This document shows positions 40,812 to 49,233 of a stretch of DNA of 64,000 nt, piece after piece. The notes beneath the pieces were generated by a model. That model worked only from the letters and a program-made list of their open reading frames with translations. It did no database searches and was not told the DNA's origin. This DNA comes from Bacteroidota bacterium (GTDB taxonomy: Bacteria; Bacteroidota; Ignavibacteria; Kapaibacteriales; Kapaibacteriaceae). The DNA lies in contig JAFDZT010000005.1 in NCBI GenBank assembly GCA_018266735.1, positions 156,971 through 220,970 on the forward strand, read 5' to 3'. The position numbers were made by a program, and so were the translations under genes. Each line of letters starts with the position of its first letter. Within the stretch, counting starts at the first letter, position 1.

Positions 40812-41308
40812 CCGATACTTTGCAGCCCGTTCATCTGCCCGCAGAATTCTATCACCGATACGATTTCTACTGGCAGTCGATCGCCTTCTATGCCGTGACG
40901 CTCATCATCTATGTTGTTGCGAAAGCGTTATGGGAGAACACCTTGCAAACAGGTGCCGTGAGCGTTGTGCTCACCGATCCAGTGGTCGTGCTCCTTGGCG
41001 TGTTCGTATTGGGCTCCACCATTGCACTGGTTGTGAATCGGATCGCACGTCGCACCATCATCGTGTCGGAAGATGCCATCTCGTTCACCAGTCGATTTCA
41101 TGAGCGCACATTCAACGTGAGCGAGATCGAGCGTATCGCACTTGGTCGCGATCAACGGATCCGCGTGCGCGGTATGTTCTCGGTGGTGAAGATCCGCATT
41201 GCGAACCGACGCCGCATGTTGCGTGTCCGTCCGGCACTCTACACCAATGAGCATGCCCTTGTGTCGGCACTTCTCAGCTTACGCAAACTCACGAAGCACC
41301 ACGCGTGA
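40808..41308 (+). CDS. Hypothetical membrane protein, translationally coupled to murG (ATGA).
   Basis: Start MTDTLQPV overlaps the murG stop. Three or four hydrophobic helices. Confidence 0.45.
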   Translation: MTDTLQPVHLPAEFYHRYDFYWQSIAFYAVTLIIYVVAKALWENTLQTGAVSVVLTDPVVVLLGVFVLGSTIALVVNRIARRTIIVSEDAISFTSRFHERTFNVSEIERIALGRDQRIRVRGMFSVVKIRIANRRRMLRVRPALYTNEHALVSALLSLRKLTKHHA

Positions 41309-41904
41309 TCAAGTGTGCGGCACTGTTGGTGTTCGTTGTGTTCACGTGCGTGTGGGCAAGGGCCGGGGCCGATAGTGCAGCACGTGGCACGGTGGCCATC
41401 ATCGATGAACACCTTCGACACTGCATGAGCGAGGTCACCACCGGCATTCGCACTGGTGACCCTGTGCGTCTTGTTGTTGCGGCGCATCCGGATTCGCAGT
41501 GGATCCGTGCATCGGCCGAACAGGCCGTGCAAGAGCGCGGCGGAATATTGGAGGCAGAGGGTGGCACGGCAGCATCGGTGCTCACCATCATCCCCGTTGA
41601 CGTGTCGACGTCATATGCGAACACAGAGTCGGCCGACACGGTCGTTCGCACCATCACCACCTCCATACGAGGAACGCTCGACACACCGCAGCGCGGCATG
41701 TCGAGCGTTCCATGTAGATCGACCATCGAAGAGAAACTCACGCGAGAACAGGCAGAGCGTTTACAGTCGGAGCAACATCATGCAACGCGTGCTGTGCTGC
41801 CACCCCGACCGACCACGATGTGGCAGGACATTCTTGAGCCCGCCATCTTCGTTGGTGCTGCCGTCATCACCGCCGTTCTTCTCTTCACAGTACGTTCGCA
41901 GTGA
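41305..41904 (+). CDS. Hypothetical protein with a signal peptide and a C-terminal TM anchor.
   Basis: GTGA overlap with the upstream gene. N-terminal AALLVFVVFTCVWARA and C-terminal AIFVGAAVITAVLLFTV. Confidence 0.4.
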   Translation: MIKCAALLVFVVFTCVWARAGADSAARGTVAIIDEHLRHCMSEVTTGIRTGDPVRLVVAAHPDSQWIRASAEQAVQERGGILEAEGGTAASVLTIIPVDVSTSYANTESADTVVRTITTSIRGTLDTPQRGMSSVPCRSTIEEKLTREQAERLQSEQHHATRAVLPPRPTTMWQDILEPAIFVGAAVITAVLLFTVRSQ

Positions 41905-41915
41905 TCAGCGACGTA

Positions 41916-42896
41916 TCACCACAAGTGCTGAACTGCATTGCGCTCTTCGAGCAACTCTTGATATGTGGCATCCATGCGTGCGCGTGAGAAGTCCGATACA
42001 TCCAGTCCCTGCACGATCGAATAGGTACCATTTGAGCAGGTAACAGGATATCCATAGAGCACGCCTTCCGGAATGCCGTACGAGCCATCACTCGGAATGC
42101 CCATGGTGGTCCAATCGCCGGCCGGTGTGCCAAGCACCCAATCGCGCATGTGCTCGATCGCAGCATTGGCGGCCGATGCAGCGCTCGAGAAGCCACGTGC
42201 TTCGATGATGGCGGCACCACGCTTTTGAACCGTGGGAATGAAGTTCTCGGTAAGCCACGCTTCGTCGTTGATCATCGACCATGCCTTCGAACCGTTGGCC
42301 TCGACCGAGAAGATGTCGGGATACTGCGTTGCCGAGTGATTGCCCCAAACCGTCATATGCGTCAGGTCAGTGGTGTGCTTCCCGATCTTCTGCGCGATCT
42401 GCGATAATGCGCGGTTGTGGTCGAGGCGCATCAACGCCGTGATGTTGGCAGGGTTCAGGTCCGGTGCGCTCTTCTGCGTGATCAAGGCATTCGTGTTGGC
42501 AGGGTTACCGACAACGACCACCTTGACGTTGTGATTGGCAACGGCATTCAGTGCGCGTCCTTGCACCGTGAAGATCTGCGCATTGGCTTCGAGCAGGTCT
42601 TTGCGCTCCATGCCCTTTGAACGGGGACGAGCACCGACGAGCAATGCGTAGTCCGCATCCTTGAACGCCACCATGGGATCGTCCGACTGAACGATGCCGG
42701 CAAGCGTCGGGAAGGCGCAATCATCGAGCTCCATGGCCACACCCTTCAGGGCGTTCAACGCCGGTGTGAGCTCAAGTAATTGCAAGATCACAGGTTGATC
42801 CTTGCCGAGCATTTCGCCGCTGGCAATGCGGAACAACAAACTATATCCGATCTGGCCGGCAGCGCCGGTCACAGCAACACGAACGGGGGTCTTCAT
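41916..42896 (-). CDS. mdh: Malate dehydrogenase (NAD-dependent, LDH/MDH family, cytosolic/Thermus type).
   Basis: [43 protein letters not shown]-terminus. Full-length MDH similarity. Confidence 0.9.
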   Translation of the reverse strand: MKTPVRVAVTGAAGQIGYSLLFRIASGEMLGKDQPVILQLLELTPALNALKGVAMELDDCAFPTLAGIVQSDDPMVAFKDADYALLVGARPRSKGMERKDLLEANAQIFTVQGRALNAVANHNVKVVVVGNPANTNALITQKSAPDLNPANITALMRLDHNRALSQIAQKIGKHTTDLTHMTVWGNHSATQYPDIFSVEANGSKAWSMINDEAWLTENFIPTVQKRGAAIIEARGFSSAASAANAAIEHMRDWVLGTPAGDWTTMGIPSDGSYGIPEGVLYGYPVTCSNGTYSIVQGLDVSDFSRARMDATYQELLEERNAVQHLW

Positions 42897-42967
42897 GGGA
42901 GTTGGAATTGGTTGAAATAAAAAACGCCTCTGCAAAGAGGCGTCCTATGATGCGATGATCACGATCA

Positions 42968-43228
<261 letters not shown>

Positions 43229-43240
43229 GACGGTGTTCCT

Positions 43241-43549
43241 TTAGATTGAAATGTCTTTGATCTTGAGCGTCGTGAAGTTCTGGCGGTGACCATTGAGCTT
43301 TTGATAGCCCTTGCGGCGCTTCTTCTTGAAGACGAGAACCTTCTCGCTTCTGCCGTGGTTCATCACTTCGGCCTTGACGCTACCCTTGATGTAAGGGGCG
43401 CCAACCGAAACCTTGCCATTGTCACTTGCTACAAGGATGTTGGTAAATTCTACCGTGTCGCCGACTTGTTGGTCCAAGAGCGGAACGGAGACCGTCTGTT
43501 TTGGCGAGACGGCGAATTGCTGTCCTGCGATCTCAACGACTGCGTACAT
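43241..43549 (-). CDS. rplU: 50S ribosomal protein L21.
   Basis: MYAVVEIAGQQF… L21 signature. Immediately upstream of rpmA. Confidence 0.95.
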   Translation of the reverse strand: MYAVVEIAGQQFAVSPKQTVSVPLLDQQVGDTVEFTNILVASDNGKVSVGAPYIKGSVKAEVMNHGRSEKVLVFKKKRRKGYQKLNGHRQNFTTLKIKDISI

Positions 43550-43682
43550 AACGTCCGTTGGGGGTCTGTGTTCAAAAAATGGACTCGCAACCTACCCAAT
43601 TGAGTCGTTATAACCAAACGAGTTGCGAGATTTTCCACATTCACATGCAACCCCACCCCTCCGCCTGCGTACCCCAAGCCCT

Positions 43683-44033
43683 ATGAACGGCATCCACCAC
43701 AAGCTGCGAACCTCCCTTCTGCACGTCCCGCTCGAAGCGTGGACGTGGACGGCTGCCTTGGTCGGTCTGGGGATCTGGGGTCCGGCACTCGAGGGTCATG
43801 CGACCTTCTGCATCCCTACGCTCCTCGGTTTTGAGGGCTGCTGGGGCTGTGGATTGGGAAGATCCATCGGACATGCGCTTCGTGGCGACCTTGCCGGGTC
43901 GCTCGAGGCTCACTGGCTCGGGATCCCCGCCATCGTGCTGTTCATAAGTCGTATCGTGACATTGACCATTCGTTCAACTACTTTCGCTGGAGGGTCCCAT
44001 GGCCAACATCTACCAATTCCTGCCCGACATTGA
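43683..44033 (+). CDS. DUF2752 domain membrane protein.
   Basis: Paired-cysteine motif CIPTLLGFEGCWGCGLGRS (CPxx…CPGCG-like), followed by TM segments. Confidence 0.55.
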   Translation: MNGIHHKLRTSLLHVPLEAWTWTAALVGLGIWGPALEGHATFCIPTLLGFEGCWGCGLGRSIGHALRGDLAGSLEAHWLGIPAIVLFISRIVTLTIRSTTFAGGSHGQHLPIPARH

Positions 44034-44409
44034 TGGCGCCGAGTTCGCCTACGTCTCAATGCTCATCAATCCGTTGACGGATGAACAGGCCCAACAATTC
44101 GCGGTGATGTATCGAGCTCGCCGGAAGGATCCCCAAATGATCCTGATCCTTACGCTCCTTGGATTTTTCTCGATCGCAGGGATCCAACGCTTCGTAACAG
44201 GTCAGATCGGCTTCGGATTACTGTACCTGCTCACTGGTGGCCTATGCTTCATTGGAACGATCATCGACCTTGTCAACTACCGCAAGATCGCGGCAGACCA
44301 CAACATGCAGCAAGCATTCGAAGTGGCGACGATCATGCGTACGATGGGTGTGGTGACCGCTCCTCCAACGCCGTCCACGCCTCCAACACCCGCACAAGCA
44401 CAAGAATAA
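43999..44409 (+). CDS. TM2 domain-containing protein.
   Basis: NPLTDEQ…RKDP…ILTLLGFFSIAGIQRFVTGQIGFGLLYLLTGGLCFIGTIIDLV (two TM helices with a conserved DxxN). Confidence 0.7.
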   Translation: MANIYQFLPDIDGAEFAYVSMLINPLTDEQAQQFAVMYRARRKDPQMILILTLLGFFSIAGIQRFVTGQIGFGLLYLLTGGLCFIGTIIDLVNYRKIAADHNMQQAFEVATIMRTMGVVTAPPTPSTPPTPAQAQE

Positions 44410-46043
44410 TGGCAGCATGGCGGCGGGGACGTTCCTTCCTCGCCGCCCTCTTCCTTTTCGCGTCCCTCCTGCAGGCGGCTCCTCCGAAACTGGTCGTCGT
44501 CCTCTCCTTCGACCAACTGCGCGGCGACTACTTCGAAGCCAATCGCCGCTACCTCCGGCGCGACGGATTCCGTCGGTTCGAGGCCCAAGGGGTGATCTTC
44601 GAGAACAGCGCCTACAAACACGCCAACAACATCACCGGTCCGGGCCATGCCGCCCTCCTCACCGGATGCTATCCGCACAGGAGCGGCATCACCGGGAACG
44701 AGTTCTGCGACCTGCGACTGGACTCCTGCATGTACTGTGTTCAGGACGATGCCGCGGGGCTTTCGCCGCGTAATCTGTTGGTGCCGACCGTGGGTGATGT
44801 GCTTCGCACTCGCGACCCGAAGTGCAAGGTGTTCGGCATCTCCATGAAGGACCGTGCGGCCATCTTGATGGCCGGAAAGAAGCCTACCGGTGCGATCTGG
44901 TTCGATGCCACGTCGCTGAGCTACACGACCTCTGCCTACTACAAGCGTCCCGCCTGGCTCACGCCGTTCAACACCGCGCATCCGGCTACGGACTATTCCG
45001 GGAAGACGTGGACCACGTCGATCTCCGATTCCCTGTATCCGCGCGTCGACGATCAAGTGGGTGAGGGCACGTTCTCGTCCGGACGTCGGACCTTTCCGTA
45101 CACCATGCCTCCGCTTGCACGGAAGGATGCCTTTGCTGCCGACTTCGTGCGCTCGCCCTTCTCCGTACAGCACCTGTTCGCACTCGCGTCCACGTGCGTG
45201 GACCGGGAAAAGCTCGGCGCGGATGCGCATCCCGACCTGTTGTGTGTTGGCATCTCATCCACGGATGCGCTTGGTCATAGCTTCGGTCCCGACAGTCGAG
45301 AAGTGCAAGAGATGTACGTCGCCTGCGACTCCCTCGTTGCCGTCTTCCTCCACCATCTCGACTCCACCGTCGGTCCATCGAACTATGCCGTGTTCATCAC
45401 CTCGGACCATGGCGTGGCACCGATCCCCGAGATCATCCGCAACCAGGGTGGAGGGCAGGGAGTGGCCGTTGACGCTGGACGTATTCGCGAGGCTCAACTG
45501 AAGAACGAACTGAATGCCATGCTCAACGCCAAGTATGCGCAGGGTGGCAAGGAGGAATGGGTCCGCGACATCTTCGAACCATCGATCTACCTGCACTACG
45601 AACCGATCCAGCGCAGATCGTTGTCCTATGATTCGGTGGTGGCCGCTTGTGTGCAGTATCTACGTCAGCGCGAAGGTATCGGCATCGCACTCTCCAAACA
45701 TGATCTCATGCGTGGTGCATGTCCCGCAGACTGTTCACCCGAACTCTGCGAATGGCTGCAGAACTCGTGCTATCCGAATCGGTACGGTGATGTGGTGGTC
45801 TATCCGAAGATGTATTGGATCATCGGCGCAGCACAGGCCACGCATGGGACGCCGTATGTGTACGACCGGATGGTGCCCATGATGGTGCTCATTCCGTCTG
45901 CGCCCAATGGAGGACTCACGAACAAACGCGACATCTTCAGAGATGTGTCGCCCGTGGATATTGCACCAACGATCGCCGCATGGTGGTCGTTGTCGCTGAA
46001 GAACGTCGACGGGACGCCGCTTCCGTTAGACTGCGGAAAATAG
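44409..46043 (+). CDS. Alkaline-phosphatase-superfamily enzyme (type I phosphodiesterase / nucleotide pyrophosphatase-like).
   Basis: Signal peptide MAAWRRGRSFLAALFLFASLLQA. Metal-ligand motifs of the AP superfamily (…LSFDQLRGDY… ITSDHG…). Confidence 0.65.
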   Translation: MAAWRRGRSFLAALFLFASLLQAAPPKLVVVLSFDQLRGDYFEANRRYLRRDGFRRFEAQGVIFENSAYKHANNITGPGHAALLTGCYPHRSGITGNEFCDLRLDSCMYCVQDDAAGLSPRNLLVPTVGDVLRTRDPKCKVFGISMKDRAAILMAGKKPTGAIWFDATSLSYTTSAYYKRPAWLTPFNTAHPATDYSGKTWTTSISDSLYPRVDDQVGEGTFSSGRRTFPYTMPPLARKDAFAADFVRSPFSVQHLFALASTCVDREKLGADAHPDLLCVGISSTDALGHSFGPDSREVQEMYVACDSLVAVFLHHLDSTVGPSNYAVFITSDHGVAPIPEIIRNQGGGQGVAVDAGRIREAQLKNELNAMLNAKYAQGGKEEWVRDIFEPSIYLHYEPIQRRSLSYDSVVAACVQYLRQREGIGIALSKHDLMRGACPADCSPELCEWLQNSCYPNRYGDVVVYPKMYWIIGAAQATHGTPYVYDRMVPMMVLIPSAPNGGLTNKRDIFRDVSPVDIAPTIAAWWSLSLKNVDGTPLPLDCGK

Positions 46044-47192
46044 TGCGCGAGAGATCACCAGCTTCTGGATCTCCGATGTGCCTTCACCGATGGTGAGAAG
46101 CTTCGAATCGCGCCAGAACTTCTCGACGGGATACTCCTTGATGTAGCCGTATCCGCCGTGGATCTGAATGGCATCTTCGGCGATGCGTACACTTGCCTCG
46201 CTGGCATAGAGCTTGGCCATGGAGGCCGCCACGGTGAAGTTCTGTTTCGTGTCGCGCATCCATGCGGCGCGATACGTGAGTGTGCGACCTGCATCGATGT
46301 CGACCGACATCTTCGCAAGCTTGAACTGAATGGCCTGCATATCTGCCAACCGCTTGCCGAACTGACGGCGTTCCGTGGCATACTTCACGGCCGCTTCATA
46401 GGCACCTTGTGCAAGACCAACGCTCAGAGCTGCGATCGAGATCCGTCCGCCATCCAGGATCTGCAATGCTTGCAGGAATCCTTCTCCTTCGCCGCCGATC
46501 AGGTGGGAACCGGGTACGCGAACGTTGTCGAACGTCAAGCTCGCCGTGTCCGAACAGCGCATGCCCACCTTGTTCTCCTTCTTGGATGCATAGAAGCCCG
46601 GCATCGACTTGTCGATGGCAAAGGCACTGATACCATGCTTGCCCTTCGAGGCATCGGTCACGGCCATCACCACGCAGATATCACCCACGTTGCCATGGGT
46701 GATGAAGTTCTTCGAGCCATTCAAGATCCAGTCGTCCCCATCGCGCACGGCCGTGGTCTGCGTTCCACCGGCATCCGAACCTGCGTTCGGTTCGGTAAGT
46801 CCCCATGCACCCATCGTCTGTCCGCTTGCCAACCGCGGGATGTAGAGCTTCTTCAGCTCTTCGCTTCCAAAGCGGAAGATGTGACTCGTGCACAGACCGT
46901 TGTGGGCGGCCACGCCCAAGGCCATGGCCGGACATGCGCGCGCCACTTCTTCGACGACGATGGCATACTCCAGATAGCCCATACCGGACCCGCCGTATTC
47001 GGGAGGGATCACGATGCCCAGATAGCCGAGGTCGCCGAGCTTGCGAAAGATCTCCGTCGGGAATTCCTGCGACTCGTCATACTGCAACACGACCGGCTTG
47101 ATCTCTTCTTCGACGAAGGCCCGAATATGTTGGCGGATGACCTCTTGATCATCGCTGACGTCGAACGAGATGGAGCTTGTGGATTCAGACAT
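46026..47192 (-). CDS. Acyl-CoA dehydrogenase.
   Basis: Three-domain ACAD architecture. Catalytic Glu region …QIHGGYGYIKEYPVEKFWRDSKLLTIGEGTSEIQ. Confidence 0.9.
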   Translation of the reverse strand: MSESTSSISFDVSDDQEVIRQHIRAFVEEEIKPVVLQYDESQEFPTEIFRKLGDLGYLGIVIPPEYGGSGMGYLEYAIVVEEVARACPAMALGVAAHNGLCTSHIFRFGSEELKKLYIPRLASGQTMGAWGLTEPNAGSDAGGTQTTAVRDGDDWILNGSKNFITHGNVGDICVVMAVTDASKGKHGISAFAIDKSMPGFYASKKENKVGMRCSDTASLTFDNVRVPGSHLIGGEGEGFLQALQILDGGRISIAALSVGLAQGAYEAAVKYATERRQFGKRLADMQAIQFKLAKMSVDIDAGRTLTYRAAWMRDTKQNFTVAASMAKLYASEASVRIAEDAIQIHGGYGYIKEYPVEKFWRDSKLLTIGEGTSEIQKLVISRALFSAV

Positions 47193-47294
47193 AGGGCTTC
47201 CTTGGAAGGACGGTTTCACGACATAAGTGGCGAATTTAGAGAACGCTTGGCGTTCTGCACCACACAACTCTTCGATTCTTCGAAACGTTCAACC

Positions 47295-48038
47295 ATGGAC
47301 CTTTCCGTTCTTCGAGATCTACGCACCGACCCGGAACGTCCCTTCCACCTTGGCATGGCCGTGGCAGAGGGCGCAAAGGCCGTTGCCATGATGCTTCGCG
47401 CCATCACGCCGTCGTTCGTGGTGGGAACGGAAGACGAGCTTGCCGCGCTGGCCCTACCACCCTCCCTACCTTCCCGGACCCTTCCGAAGGAAGCGATGTC
47501 GGAGCTCATCGGCTTCAAGCCGCACTCGGCCGTGATGGCCGTCAGTGCTATCCCTGCGCGGACGGAGGCACGAGCGGATGTGCGCGGACCTCGCCTGTTC
47601 CTGAATTCCATCGTCGATAATGCCAACGTAGGCGCCATCGTACGAACGGCCGTTGCCCTGGGTGTTCGCGACATCATCGTGGATGGGGCCACCTCGTCAC
47701 CCTTCATGCGCCGCGCCGTGCGCACCAGCATGGGCATGGTCTTCCACGCCACGATCTCGTATGCATCGAATGCGGAAGGGTTCATGGAGGGATGCAGGGC
47801 GGCAGGGCGCACCGTGTGCATGATCGAACAAACGCAACAGGCCATTCCGCTTGAGCAGTTGCGCGTCGTGCCCGACGTGATCGTGGTTGGAACGGAAGGT
47901 CGAGGGATAGCGCCGCAGGTGCTGCGCCACTCTTCCTTACATTGTGCGATACCGATGGAGATGGACGGTTGCTCCTTGAATGTGGCCGCTGCGACCGCCA
48001 TCGTCCTGGCACATGTTCGATCGCTTCGTTCGCTCTAA
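47295..48038 (+). CDS. SpoU/TrmH-family RNA 2'-O-methyltransferase.
   Basis: SPOUT motifs …NVGAIVRTAVALG… and …IPMEMDGCSLNVAAATAIVL. The 626-aa ORF that extends upstream, antisense to the ACAD gene, is rejected. Confidence 0.75.
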   Translation: MDLSVLRDLRTDPERPFHLGMAVAEGAKAVAMMLRAITPSFVVGTEDELAALALPPSLPSRTLPKEAMSELIGFKPHSAVMAVSAIPARTEARADVRGPRLFLNSIVDNANVGAIVRTAVALGVRDIIVDGATSSPFMRRAVRTSMGMVFHATISYASNAEGFMEGCRAAGRTVCMIEQTQQAIPLEQLRVVPDVIVVGTEGRGIAPQVLRHSSLHCAIPMEMDGCSLNVAAATAIVLAHVRSLRSL

Positions 48039-48042
48039 GACA

Positions 48043-49176
48043 ATGCTGAAGATCTCTTCCTTCACGATATCCAGTATCATCTGCCTCGGGGTCGTCACCA
48101 CCCTGCATGCCCAGGTGCGCGTGATGCCTCGCGTGGACGCGCGCGACCCGAGCGTTCGCGCCGTGGTGCAGATCTGGATCGACAGTCTTGAATCGTGGAG
48201 ATCATCTGCAGCGCCGGTTCCCGTCGTGGACCGAGGCGCCGATGTAGTCCCGGGCGGGATGAGCGGCATCGTGAAGAACTGGTTCGCGCAAGATGAAGAA
48301 GTGCGACAGACCTTTCCGCCTACCATCCTGAGCGCCGAACCGAAGGGCGATGCATGGATCGTGCGGACCATGTTCAGTCACATCAACACGGCAACGGGCG
48401 ACATCTATCCGTTGGGCATTCTGCGTACGCGCCTCGAACGTCGGCAAGGCGGCACGGTGATCGTGGATCCACTGCTCACGTCAACGGCACAATGGTCACG
48501 CTCTCGCATCGGGTCGATCATCTATGTGCATGAGTCGGATCGGACGATCGATCAAGCGCGAGCGCGCGAGGCCAACTCGTTCCTTGCAATGGTGGCGCAC
48601 GAATTCGACGTGGACGTGCCCGATTCTGTGGTCTACTATGTGGTCCCGGACAGAGATGCACTGTGCAGCATACTTGGTGTGGAGTTCTATGCCGCGCCAC
48701 CCTCGGCCATCTCGTATCCGGCGTCGGCCATCATCGTCTCCGGTACGAACAGCGAGTGGAATCCGCATGAGCTCGTGCATGTGGTCTTGGCGCGCTACGA
48801 GAGTGCCGTCCCGGTGATCCGCGAGGGCATTGCGACCTACATGGGCGGAAGTCTTGGAAAGCCCTTCGAAGTGCTTCTCGAGGAGTATCTGGCAACCCAC
48901 ACCGCCGAGAAGATGCCATCACTACGACAGCTCTTCGAACGCGCCACGCAAGAAGAACAGTATGTGCTCGGTGCAGCGCTTTGCAAGGCCGTGTTCGAAC
49001 GGCAGGGAAGGGACGGCCTTGTAACTCTTTTGACCGCCAGCACGCCTTTGCGCGCGATGGATCATATCGCACGGATCCTGGGCATCGGCAAAGAGGCTCG
49101 GGACGCGTCGCTCCATCCGATCATTTCCGACGTGAATGCAACCCAAAAGAACGCCGTGCGTAGCGGCCTACGCTGA
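48043..49176 (+). CDS. Secreted hypothetical protein with an HExxH motif (putative zinc metallopeptidase).
   Basis: Signal peptide MLKISSFTISSIICLGVVTTLHAQ. NPHELVHVV (HExxH). Confidence 0.45.
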   Translation: MLKISSFTISSIICLGVVTTLHAQVRVMPRVDARDPSVRAVVQIWIDSLESWRSSAAPVPVVDRGADVVPGGMSGIVKNWFAQDEEVRQTFPPTILSAEPKGDAWIVRTMFSHINTATGDIYPLGILRTRLERRQGGTVIVDPLLTSTAQWSRSRIGSIIYVHESDRTIDQARAREANSFLAMVAHEFDVDVPDSVVYYVVPDRDALCSILGVEFYAAPPSAISYPASAIIVSGTNSEWNPHELVHVVLARYESAVPVIREGIATYMGGSLGKPFEVLLEEYLATHTAEKMPSLRQLFERATQEEQYVLGAALCKAVFERQGRDGLVTLLTASTPLRAMDHIARILGIGKEARDASLHPIISDVNATQKNAVRSGLR

Positions 49177-49233
49177 TCGGCTCCGTATCTTCGCAACCCA
49201 TATTCTGGCGCAACACAACTAGGAGATCACTGT

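Noticed and set aside
46158-48038. 626-aa plus-strand ORF
   Set aside because: Its first roughly 380 codons are antisense to a well-supported acyl-CoA dehydrogenase gene and have no motifs. Only the last 247 aa (from the ATG at 47295) form the SpoU/TrmH methyltransferase. The extension is a high-GC read-through artefact.
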